Notes under the pieces: model-generated
Databases searched by the model: none
Seen by the model: the letters and a program-made list of their open reading frames with translations, nothing else
Told to the model about the DNA's origin: nothing
Virus record (IMG/VR): IMGVR_UViG_3300031993_000014
Coordinates: 114,987 to 178,986 of that record
From: a virus
Taxonomy: Duplodnaviria > Heunggongvirae > Uroviricota > Caudoviricetes
Direction: 5' to 3' (one strand)
DNA length: 64,000 nt
Position numbers and translations under genes: made by a program
Shown here: piece after piece, positions 1 to 9,800 of the stretch
Layout: each line of letters starts with the position of its first letter
Position numbering within the stretch: position 1 is the first letter of the stretch

Positions 1-2884
1 AGACTTCCATGCGTTGACCGCACTGAGCAGAGAATACGCTATACCATGCCGTTTTAGTATAGTCTACTATGTCATATTTGAAATCTCCAGTGACGTTACG
101 AACGAACAAGAGTGTACCGCTATTATTGATACCACTGCTCATTTCGCTAGTATCGGGATACAGTTTCAGACTTCTGAAGTCATAGAATGAATAGACATTC
201 TGATTTGAGCCCTTCGGAAGATTTGCGACTGTAACATCTAAGTTAAGGTTGCCCTGAATAGCAAGAATACCAGAAGTATTCTGTTGACCAGTAGCCTCCC
301 AAATTTTCTTGGCATCAAGTGTAATATTAGAACCACCGTTTCCCAAGATATGAATAAGAATCGGATAGTTGCTATGTTCCACCTTGCTGATAGCTCTGTA
401 CAAACCTTTCGGAGTGCAAACAGGAGTCTTTTCTGAGAGACCGTCATTAAGATCGATAGATGTTACAGAGCTATACGGATGAATGTAGAATTCTCTAATC
501 AGCTTATGGTCAAACGTTGCTGTAATCTTGCCAGTAGGCTTAATGTTGCCATTAGTATCCAGCGGAGGCTGATAATCAACAGAGGAGCCGATAGAAGAAT
601 TACAGAATCCTAAGATAATAAAGTTATCCCACGGATAGAGACGGAGTTCGCCATTGAGGAAGATACCGCCAATACGACCTGCAATATTACCAGTAAAGTT
701 AACACTGCCGCCATTCGTATAGAAAGCGATAGGCTTATAATAGACACCGTAATAGTTGCTTCCATAGTTAAATACGCCGACGTCGATTAGCGCATACTGA
801 CCAGCTTTTTGATTACCATAAGGGCAAAGATGAAGCATGGTAGTATAGTTGTTCATCACATAGACTGAATCAGCGTTGATAATAGCACTATACTTTGTAT
901 CAGTGTTTATATCTTTAGTTTCCCATCCAAGACCTGCGATTTTGTCATTGACGGAGGAGTTGCCACCAACAATGATATAACCACCACCGCTACCTGTATA
1001 CAAGGATACGCAGTCAATCTTAAGGAACATAGCCGAGATATATGCACCAGTTGAAATACAGACATCACCATCAGAAGAAGAGTCATCTACACCAGTAGTC
1101 TTGATATAAATGGCATATGCCAGAACTTCATTGCCGCCATTTGCAACTTCAAACTTTCTGGCTCTAACATCCAAGAAGTCAAAATAGCTAATGCTGCTTC
1201 CATATGTCTTGGTACCAATCTTCTTGACGGATGAATTAAACTTAAGGTTTTCGCAAGTAATATGAACTGATCTGTTTGAAGCAGCATTTGCTGGGAGGAT
1301 GTTATTAATTTCAACATTTCCTTCAGACTTGATGATAACTTTCTTTCCGATAATATCAGGAAGATTTGTCGTGCCAGATCCGCTGTATGTATTAATTAGG
1401 ACTATTTTACCATTGATAGGCGGAACTGTTTCCCTAGAATTGGAGAATGTAATACGTTCCGCAGAAATTTTGATTCTTTCAGCACCAAGGATATATTCAT
1501 TTGATGCGTCATTATTATAGAAATAGATTTCGCCAGCTTCAGAAGTGATGTTGATATTGGCATAATTACCATCACCATAGTTTGTAATGGCAATTTGGTT
1601 CTGTATTTCAATATTACGGGTACTATGAATATTAACATCGCTATAAGAATCTATTTTAGGAAGATACCCAGATTCGCAAGTAAGATTAAATCTTCCGCAA
1701 GTAATAGCACTAGCCCTATGGGTCTGAAGCTTCCAGCAACTAACAAGACATTCACCAGTAACATTAATGGTATGATTGCCATTGTTATAAGAGAAGTAAA
1801 CTTCGGTACCAGCAGTATAGCCGCCAGTTCCAGTGAGATCAGTATAACCAATAGTGTCAGAAGTTACAGCTAAACGATAGCATGTAATATCTGCATCACG
1901 GAGGTCTATGACTACACCTCTTACAGTATGGAACTTAACTTCAGAATTTTCTCTGTTACATTGAATATTAGCGTTCTTAGCGTAAATATTAGCAAACGCT
2001 TTAATATTCACGAACTTAGAAGAAATATTCGTAGTATAGCCTTCATTGATAGTAATATAATTACCACTTTCAACGCTAAAGCTATTACCAGATACATCAA
2101 GATTCTTGATTAGAATATGGCTATAAGACTGAATCTTAATATTGCCATTGAGCTTGACTAGGTTAATGCTTGCAGTAGCATCGCTAAAGTTAAGGTCAAG
2201 ATAGCCTTCACAGAAAAGCGTAAAGTCCATAGCAAGAACTTTGTTGCTAGATCCATCAAGGCTTAAAATTCCTAAAGCATTTGCGCCATTAAGAGTATAA
2301 TCACCGCCAGCAAGTGCATAAATAGTAGCACCCTTGTTGTCTTTAAGAATACTCAAAGCCTTAGCAAACGTGGCAACTGGCTTCGCAGATGATAAACCAT
2401 TATTAGAATCATTACCGTAATTTCTGTCAAGATAGATAATCGGTGTCTGACCTTGAGGAGCAGGTGACATCCATGCGGGTACACCATTAACTACTGTTAA
2501 GACATCACCCGGGTTTCTTCCTGTTGTGCTCGGAACCGGAACTATAGCTCGTATCTTTTGCAACAAGACTGAGCTCAGAGACGGGTCGGCAAGCCACTTG
2601 CTTGCATCCCAAGCTCCGGCAGGAATATCCTCTTTAGCGCAATAGAACCTTCCCTCACGATAGACGAAGTCGTCTTTGATATAAGAAACGTCGTCTCTAA
2701 AGCCAAAGGCGATATCAAGAGAGGCGGCTACATCAGAGGCAGGAACGCTTTTGGATTCCTGCCCGAGACTAAGCACACCCAGATATCTGTCATCGCCACT
2801 AGACGACTTAGTAGTTCTGGCTTCTCTAAGACTAATCGTCTGTAATTCATTGGCGAAACATGAGTCAAATTCAGTATTCGGCAT
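1..2884 (-). CDS. tail fibre/tailspike-like protein with two right-handed beta-helix (pectin-lyase-like) segments; N-terminal 961 codons, C-terminus lies beyond the window start
   Basis: It is absent from the ORF track because the frame runs off the window without a stop. ATG at 2884 is preceded by GGAG at 2889-2892 on the minus strand. My translation reads MPNTEFDSCFANELQTISL... It contains two beta-helix entry signatures, ...IYLDRNYGNDSNNGLSSAKPVATFAKALSIL... and ...IDLNDGLSEKTPVCTPKGLYRAISKV..., followed by N/G/S/T-rich repetitive rungs. Its start lies 8 nt after the upstream gene's stop. Confidence 0.6.
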   Translation of the reverse strand, partial: MPNTEFDSCFANELQTISLREARTTKSSSGDDRYLGVLSLGQESKSVPASDVAASLDIAFGFRDDVSYIKDDFVYREGRFYCAKEDIPAGAWDASKWLADPSLSSVLLQKIRAIVPVPSTTGRNPGDVLTVVNGVPAWMSPAPQGQTPIIYLDRNYGNDSNNGLSSAKPVATFAKALSILKDNKGATIYALAGGDYTLNGANALGILSLDGSSNKVLAMDFTLFCEGYLDLNFSDATASINLVKLNGNIKIQSYSHILIKNLDVSGNSFSVESGNYITINEGYTTNISSKFVNIKAFANIYAKNANIQCNRENSEVKFHTVRGVVIDLRDADITCYRLAVTSDTIGYTDLTGTGGYTAGTEVYFSYNNGNHTINVTGECLVSCWKLQTHRASAITCGRFNLTCESGYLPKIDSYSDVNIHSTRNIEIQNQIAITNYGDGNYANINITSEAGEIYFYNNDASNEYILGAERIKISAERITFSNSRETVPPINGKIVLINTYSGSGTTNLPDIIGKKVIIKSEGNVEINNILPANAASNRSVHITCENLKFNSSVKKIGTKTYGSSISYFDFLDVRARKFEVANGGNEVLAYAIYIKTTGVDDSSSDGDVCISTGAYISAMFLKIDCVSLYTGSGGGYIIVGGNSSVNDKIAGLGWETKDINTDTKYSAIINADSVYVMNNYTTMLHLCPYGNQKAGQYALIDVGVFNYGSNYYGVYYKPIAFYTNGGSVNFTGNIAGRIGGIFLNGELRLYPWDNFIILGFCNSSIGSSVDYQPPLDTNGNIKPTGKITATFDHKLIREFYIHPYSSVTSIDLNDGLSEKTPVCTPKGLYRAISKVEHSNYPILIHILGNGGSNITLDAKKIWEATGQQNTSGILAIQGNLNLDVTVANLPKGSNQNVYSFYDFRSLKLYPDTSEMSSGINNSGTLLFVRNVTGDFKYDIVDYTKTAWYSVFSAQCGQRMEV

Positions 2885-2892
2885 AGAATCTC

Positions 2893-5838
2893 CTATTCAA
2901 TAATTCTATTTTCGGTTTTTAGGGCAAGAAGCACTGGGCCATTACCCGTTCGTAACACAGTTCCAGAAGGATTAACCTTGAGAAAATAGATTACGCTTAC
3001 TGGCGGTTTTATAAATCCTTCCCCACTTCTCAATGGGAATCTTTCATTAATCGCCCTGCGGCTAATAAAGCTAGCTTCCTTATAGAGAATGTAATCGAAG
3101 TCATATTCGCCAGGTTGTATATCACTAGCCGTGACGATATGAGCAAATACTTCTTCACGGAAATGAAGAATAGACTCTAAACCAGCTTCTCCAGTATCGT
3201 CATCGTCCCCATCAGGAATATCAAGATTCCTCAGAACTTCCGGTTTGTCCAATGGTGAGTTAGTGAAAGATTCAAGGATGGCATCTGTGCTACCAGTTAC
3301 TCCATCCTTGAACAAACTCGTGCTAGCCATCTCATTCATTGAGAAATGTGGAGAGTCCTTCAGAGTAAGACTGCCAAAGACAGCCATTCCGCTATCATCC
3401 AAAACAGAGCCGTCTAAGAGGATTCCCTGCTGTTCGGTCTCGTAGAAGAGACCGTCCATCAGGGTCATCTTATCTTCGCTGCCTTCATTGATCTCCACTT
3501 CGAGAGTGTTGTCAGCAGAGGATCTAATCTGAAGAGTGATACTCTTAATGAAAGCAATCAGGGACGAAGCGAATGCTGCAATAGCAAGGCTATCGAGAGA
3601 AGTGAAGCTGATATCATTCAGTTCATATCTACGGAAGATGGCATCGATCTCAGAAGCGAGACTGGAAGAAATCATTTCGATTTCCGGCAGAGGATCATCG
3701 CTTTCATTAATGATACGCATGATTCTGGCAGTAAACTCGGGCTGATTTTCCTTCAAGTACTTCTCATAGGTGTCTTCGCCAGCATAGTTCTCATTGGAGA
3801 TATTGTCTTCGGACGCAATGAGGGCTTCCTTAATATGAAGAGCGTTCTTCATTTCAAAGTAGTTATTAAGACCGTATGTCTTCAGTCTATTATAGAATAC
3901 TTCGGAGGCTCCGTCTCCTACACCATACTTGAGCAGGGTGTGCTCAGTATCACCAGAAGAGATTACACGAATGATATCTTTCTCTAATCTATCAATCGTG
4001 TTCGCACTGAACGTTGGAACATTACCGAACTTCTGCGAGAGGATACTGTAATCGATGGCATAATTACCATGCGGAGTCTTCTTCACAAAGTCCGGGCTAT
4101 AGTATTCAAGACCTTGTTCGATGTTCTCAACGGCATACTTCATGTCATCAAGGAATTCAGAGATAGATTTAAATTCTCTGATGAGATCCGGGATAGAGCT
4201 AATACGAGCGAAAAGTTCATCGCGATTCGGGAATTCTTCAGCACCGTATCCAGAAGAGTCTTCTACGGCACAGACCACAGAAGCAGCCTTGCTAATGGGA
4301 TCTTCGCTTGTAGGATCCGGTTGAATGATGTTCGTAACCTTCCTGGAAGCAAAGTCATAGAGCTTTAACGGATCGAGAGACGGGTTGTTAGGGTCATCAT
4401 TCGTCAAGATGCTGTTAAGCATGATGATGAAATGCTTAAACTCGCGGTTATTGGAGTATGGGTCTGTAGAGTAACAGTTACCAACAGCGATGTTCTCCGG
4501 ATTGAGCTTAGTGATAAGCAGTGCTCTGGTATAGACAAATGCTATCATGAGATCAAACAGAGAGACATTTCCTCTCATTGCAGAAGATTCCACATTGAGA
4601 CGAGCTGTATTAACATGATGAAGCATTGCGAAGAAGAGAGCAAGCTTCTCTGCCGAGCTCACAAGGTTATCATTCTTGTATGTGACAGAGATATACTTGG
4701 TCTCAAGAACACTAACATCCCTATTAGCCTTGAGCTGTGCTTCCCCTCGGTCATCTTCGTTAGGGAACCAGAATCTATCTTCAGATACGAAGTCACTGTA
4801 AGCAACTGGAGAAAGTTCGTCTTTGTGAGCTTTAATATACGCAATGCTGTCCTTAACACTGTAAGGAATCTTGTAGAACTTCAGGCTGACAGAATCCGGA
4901 TTCGGTTCATCGATAGTATCTTCAGAGAAGAACTTGCTCTTGTATTCGCTATCGGCGATTTCCTTAACAAGCACGTACTTGTATATCTTGATACTTTCAG
5001 ACTTGAAGATATCGTCAACTACAATGTCAAAAGCTGCATCAGTAGCTTTTGCGTTGATAAGTTTGTAGAGAGCCTTAGCCACATCTTCCTTGAAAGAAGA
5101 CGGGATGATACTATCATTAAAGAAACCGAAACTGTAGAAGAGGTTTCTAAGATCCTTGGCAGTGTAGTTCTTGTAGATGGTAAGATCCGCAAGTTTCTCA
5201 TCGAGGTATCTGGTAATAGTCATCACGATGAGAAGGAAGTTAACGAGCTCACGATAAGTGTTCGTATACTCGAAAGCCTTATTGAACAATCTCTCCATGA
5301 AGAGATTGCGGCATTCATCGTAGATCTTATTGAACCTGAAGAGGTCAATATTGGAAGTAACTGCGCCAGTGTTGTAAGCGATGATGGACATATCCTGAGC
5401 TCTACGAGCATCATACGGATCGCATCCATAGGTATAGAACAACATTCTGTAATACGAGTTAGCTTCGTACACATTGCCCCTATACGGAGCAGTGAGATTG
5501 CCATAGTTGGTGTTGAAGGCAGCTTCAGAAACTTCTTTCAATCTCCTATCATTGTTACCAATGTACAGGGAGTTTCTGCGATAGCAATCAATGAAGTAAG
5601 CAGTGTTATCCGGAATTGCGTTATATTCGCGCAATTCGCTTGTGGTAAAACACGGAACACCGTTTTCAATAGGAAGAGTACCTTCGATAGCGGAAATGTA
5701 GTTGTTCGCATAGGTAACAGACTTGACACTTTCATGCTGGTCTGCTGAAGTCTGGTCTTTGAGAATCAGCGTAGAGGCGAAAGTAATCAGTTCCTTTAGG
5801 ATCTTCGCATCTTGTTTCTGCTTTTCTGCCAAATACAT
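2893..5838 (-). CDS. large baseplate/tail structural protein, about 981 aa
   Basis: Long minus-strand ORF. The track start at 5970 overlaps the upstream gene. ATG at 5838 is preceded by AAGGAG (complement of 5848-5853), giving MYLAEKQKQ... It sits between the spike and the tail fibre. No catalytic motif was recognised. Confidence 0.7.
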   Translation of the reverse strand: MYLAEKQKQDAKILKELITFASTLILKDQTSADQHESVKSVTYANNYISAIEGTLPIENGVPCFTTSELREYNAIPDNTAYFIDCYRRNSLYIGNNDRRLKEVSEAAFNTNYGNLTAPYRGNVYEANSYYRMLFYTYGCDPYDARRAQDMSIIAYNTGAVTSNIDLFRFNKIYDECRNLFMERLFNKAFEYTNTYRELVNFLLIVMTITRYLDEKLADLTIYKNYTAKDLRNLFYSFGFFNDSIIPSSFKEDVAKALYKLINAKATDAAFDIVVDDIFKSESIKIYKYVLVKEIADSEYKSKFFSEDTIDEPNPDSVSLKFYKIPYSVKDSIAYIKAHKDELSPVAYSDFVSEDRFWFPNEDDRGEAQLKANRDVSVLETKYISVTYKNDNLVSSAEKLALFFAMLHHVNTARLNVESSAMRGNVSLFDLMIAFVYTRALLITKLNPENIAVGNCYSTDPYSNNREFKHFIIMLNSILTNDDPNNPSLDPLKLYDFASRKVTNIIQPDPTSEDPISKAASVVCAVEDSSGYGAEEFPNRDELFARISSIPDLIREFKSISEFLDDMKYAVENIEQGLEYYSPDFVKKTPHGNYAIDYSILSQKFGNVPTFSANTIDRLEKDIIRVISSGDTEHTLLKYGVGDGASEVFYNRLKTYGLNNYFEMKNALHIKEALIASEDNISNENYAGEDTYEKYLKENQPEFTARIMRIINESDDPLPEIEMISSSLASEIDAIFRRYELNDISFTSLDSLAIAAFASSLIAFIKSITLQIRSSADNTLEVEINEGSEDKMTLMDGLFYETEQQGILLDGSVLDDSGMAVFGSLTLKDSPHFSMNEMASTSLFKDGVTGSTDAILESFTNSPLDKPEVLRNLDIPDGDDDDTGEAGLESILHFREEVFAHIVTASDIQPGEYDFDYILYKEASFISRRAINERFPLRSGEGFIKPPVSVIYFLKVNPSGTVLRTGNGPVLLALKTENRIIE

Positions 5839-5914
5839 TAGATGACTCCTTATAAATTCATTATGAAGTTCCGCCATAAAAAGGTGCATAGGCTTTTGAC
5901 CTATGCACAATTTC

Positions 5915-6748
5915 TTAGAAACCCTTGAGATCTTTGATTCCGGCAGGAATACCACCGTGTACGAATCCACCTAGCGGACAGTTGGTAATGATATTGGGAG
6001 CCCACTTCTGAGAATCATTAGACTTTAGGCTGATGACCTTAGAATCTAGGTACGTCTCGTCGGCTGTCACATTTACCTTTGAAGCCTGAACATTGACTTC
6101 ATTGGCAATGATTTGGATCTTGTCATTATCGAGAGAGATAACAGCAGCATCTTCGGCTGTATTGATGACAATCTTCTTCTCCTTAGCGTCAACAAGCACA
6201 CCACTCTTGTCGCTCATCTGGAGGAAGAACTGCTGGTCGTCATTCTCGAATCCGATGGTATCGCCATTGATAGTCTCATGGATAAGATCTACGCCAGTGT
6301 CACCTTCAATGGTAGAATTCTTCAGAGTACTGCTTCCTTCAACAGCGGGGCCGAAAGGAAGATAGTACGGGTATCTGATGTCCTCATTGAGGAATATGAC
6401 AAACACCACAGCACCGATAGGCGGAACGATAAAGCTACCAGTCTCTGCTCTCTTGTTGGCCTCTTCATCGTGATACTCGAATCGATTGGAAGCACGGTTA
6501 CACCAAATGAAGTTCGTAGCTTTAAGACCTTGGCTAGTACCGCTGATATTGTCATTAGAGTCCTTGTTGTCATTTTTCACAACAGTCTCACGGTTTTCCA
6601 CTATCTTAGTATAGCTACCCGCAAATGGCATCAATCTCTTAATAGCAACACCTACACGACCCTGCTTCTTAGGGTCATCATTCGTGACTACGGTGCCTTC
6701 AAAGAATCCAGAAAAATCAAGAGGACTTCTCATTTTGTTATTGAACAT
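5915..6748 (-). CDS. baseplate central spike/hub protein, gp5/gpV/VgrG-like OB-fold N-terminus
   Basis: N-terminal GTVVTNDDPKKQGRVGVAIKRLMP matches the G-x-V-...-DP-x3-GRV-x-V-...-P signature of phage spike OB-fold domains. RBS AAAGGAGAG precedes ATG at 6748. Confidence 0.6.
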   Translation of the reverse strand: MFNNKMRSPLDFSGFFEGTVVTNDDPKKQGRVGVAIKRLMPFAGSYTKIVENRETVVKNDNKDSNDNISGTSQGLKATNFIWCNRASNRFEYHDEEANKRAETGSFIVPPIGAVVFVIFLNEDIRYPYYLPFGPAVEGSSTLKNSTIEGDTGVDLIHETINGDTIGFENDDQQFFLQMSDKSGVLVDAKEKKIVINTAEDAAVISLDNDKIQIIANEVNVQASKVNVTADETYLDSKVISLKSNDSQKWAPNIITNCPLGGFVHGGIPAGIKDLKGF

Positions 6749-6779
6749 AAGCTCTCCTTTCTATTGTGAAGTTTCGAGA

Positions 6780-6812
6780 ATATAAAAACCCGTATCTTGC
6801 GATACGGGTCTT
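6780..6812. terminator. rho-independent terminator, cUUGCg tetraloop hairpin
   Basis: acccgtatc-ttgc-gatacgggt is a perfect 9-bp stem at 6788-6809. A/T runs on both sides: TTTTTATATT follows on the minus strand, downstream of the sheath-like gene. Confidence 0.7.
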
Positions 6813-6819
6813 TATTACT

Positions 6820-9800
6820 TTAGCGTTCAACAATGAAGGAGAACACGAAGCGTTCCATGATGTCAACGAACGCCACAGCCACATCAATACGGCAGATTTT
6901 CTGCTGGACATCGTAGTCCGTAGAGGAGATCGTCGGAGTGATGTACTTGAATGCACCCTGAAGGATGTATTCAGCAGCACAAGAATTCAGTTCGCTCATG
7001 AGCTGAGCCTGAACAGTGCCGATAGCGTCCTCGCTGCGGTAGTTACGGCTAATCTTGAGGAAGTCTCTCTTGACAGCCAAGATAGCACGAACAGCATGGA
7101 TAAGCGTCAACGGAGTATTCTTCGTCTGAGAAGTCAGTTCGGTTGCGAAGAAGACACCTTGAGCGTCACGTTCAATGTAGTTGACCTGATGCTTGTAGAG
7201 TTCGCTCATTTCATAGGTCGTCGGCATGTAGGAAATGCTACGGAAGCCAGCGATCGTTCCACGGCGAGCGCCCACAAAGTTCTTGGTCTTACCATTTGCC
7301 ACATCGTTAGACGGGATCTTGGAAGACAAGAAGAACGTCGGAGTAACCTTGATGACCTTACCAGACCAGATATCATTCACAACCAGATGCTGGGTGAAGA
7401 TAGAGGCATAGAAGGTATCGTAGTTCTGTTCATTCTGTCTCTTATCGATAGCCTGAGTAGCGTTGGCAATAGACAAGCCTTGGTCGAGCAACACAATGCA
7501 GTCCTGACGGGTGACAGATGCAAGATCCACCATTGCCTTACGGACAGTTTCATCGTAGTTAGCGTCGAACATCAAATCGAACTCACAGAGGTTCACGTTG
7601 GTGATGAACGGATCAGTCGTACCATTGTAGGCACGGACAAGAGCCTGAGCCAAAGTGCTCGTGTAAGCAGGTTGACCTTCATCGTCTTCATATTCGAAGC
7701 CCCAACCATTACCATACGAACCACCACCGAGATACAGCGAGGTAGCCGGGGTGAGGGTATTGTAGAACCAGAAGGAGACAAACGGTTCAGTATACATCAA
7801 CAGATCAGAGTTATCTCTGGAGTAACGAGTCTGGTCGAGCGTGCAACCATCCACGTCAGCACCGATAGCACTCATGAGGGAAGTGAACGCATACTGTGCA
7901 AGTTCAGTCGTTTCGTACTTTTCACCGAACGTTCTGGTGTTGAATTCATCGAGATCGATACGGTTGAAGATGTACTTAATCACAGTGTCAACATCGACGT
8001 AGATTTCGTTATCATCTTCGTCAGTAACAACCTTGTTGTTAGCATCCTTCACTGCAAGCTTCGTTTCAATGAAGTTCTGGAGGTTGTCGTAGTTGACCAC
8101 GCAAGTCAAGTAAGAAGAGTAGGTGTTCACCACGTCTTCAATAAAGAGGCTTTCCTTAGTAGCAGCCACAGCATCCGGATCGAAGGATACAGAGAACTGT
8201 TCACGAACAATTTCTTCACCCTTGGATTTTTCAATCACGGAGAGCTTGAACATACTCCAATCAGGATAAGTACCATCAAAGTTGTCATCGTAGGTCAGAG
8301 ACACTGCGAGGTTGTTGTACCACTTACCAGAACCCTTCGGCAAGAAGCGGCAGAATTCAACAAAGTTAGCAGAGTTCAAAGTAGCCTGGTCTGCTTCCGT
8401 GATTTCGTCGCGGATTGCACCAACTACATAACCTTCCTTGGCATCTTCAATCTTATCCCAGATGTCGCTGTTCTTGACCTTGATACCGTCTTCGATACGG
8501 TATGCTTCATAGTCAGCAGCAGCTTCCGGAGAGAAGTCAGAGAATGTCGTAGCCACGAGACCGATCGTGTCATAAAGACGTTCGAGATAGTCGAAGTTGC
8601 CTTCGAAAGCACTACCATCGAATTCAACGATCTTGCGAACATAAGCAATCTTTTCACCCGGAATCTGAGATGCCGTGATGGAGGTCTTGCCTTCGTCAAC
8701 ATCGTCGTATGCACGAAGAGTCAGGTTTTCAAGAGAGTCAGAAACAAACGTGAGAGCAGCAGTACCATTGAAGCCAGCCACGGACATGTTACCAGAGAGA
8801 ACTGGAACAAGACCTGCGAACGTGAATTCAAAAGCAGTTCCATAGACGGTGTCGAGCGTAGCCGTACCAGTCGTAGCACCGTTGGCGAGCTTTTCCATCA
8901 CCTTGGATACCGGGATGTCAGAAACGACAATGTTCTGCAATCTGCCATTTTCTTCGGCAGTGAGGTAAGCCGCGATGACGTTCGGGACTTCAGTTGCGTC
9001 GATATCCGTTCTGAGCTTAATGGACGTAGTCGTCACATTGTCATTAGTCGTGGTCACCGTTGTAAACAGTTTACCATAGGACGTACCACGGATGGTGTTG
9101 AATTCATCGGCGGTGATAGCCTTAGTAGTATCAACGGTTACAGAAAGCTTACCTTCAGAAGCGGAAAGCGTATAGAGCGACGGAGTGGCGTTGAAGTAGT
9201 TGACATATTCAAGGTCATTGACAGCCAGCTTTCTTGCAGTACCGCCATCTACAGCAACTTTCCAGTTAGTTTCAGTGGAAACATCAGCACTGAAAGCAAC
9301 CCTCGTTCTCACGATGCTTGCATACTTGGTTTCCATTGCCTTGACCGGATAGGACTTATCGGTCGTCGGAACCATAGCTTCGCTGCTATCGCTCGGCTTG
9401 ATACGGTTGAAACGATATGCTTCCGGAATAGTCACGGCTTCAGAGAACACCGGAGAACCATCCACGATTCTCTTCACGTAGAAGAGGGAAACATTCTTCG
9501 TTGCGCCAGTTGTTTCTGCTGCATTAACGAGAGCTGTAGCGGTTACTTCATTACCAAGCTTGTAGTTGAGGGCATGGAGAGAGTTCCATTCGTCCACTTC
9601 AACCTTAGTGAATGCAGTGTTGTCGTTGATGAGATCCGAGGATACCGGAATATACTGACCGACAGTTGCTTCCTTGTAAACTTCGTAAGAGAAATCCCAA
9701 GATGCTTCATCAGCAGTACCAATCACGAGAGACAGACGGGTCGTAAGCTTTGCAGTGCCGTTCGTAGCGGAAGCGACAATTTCATCGCCACCGAAGAAAG

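Noticed and set aside
4432-5748. 438-aa plus-strand ORF inside the 981-aa baseplate gene
   Set aside because: Antisense frame. It has no RBS and the protein is I/V/S/R-rich.
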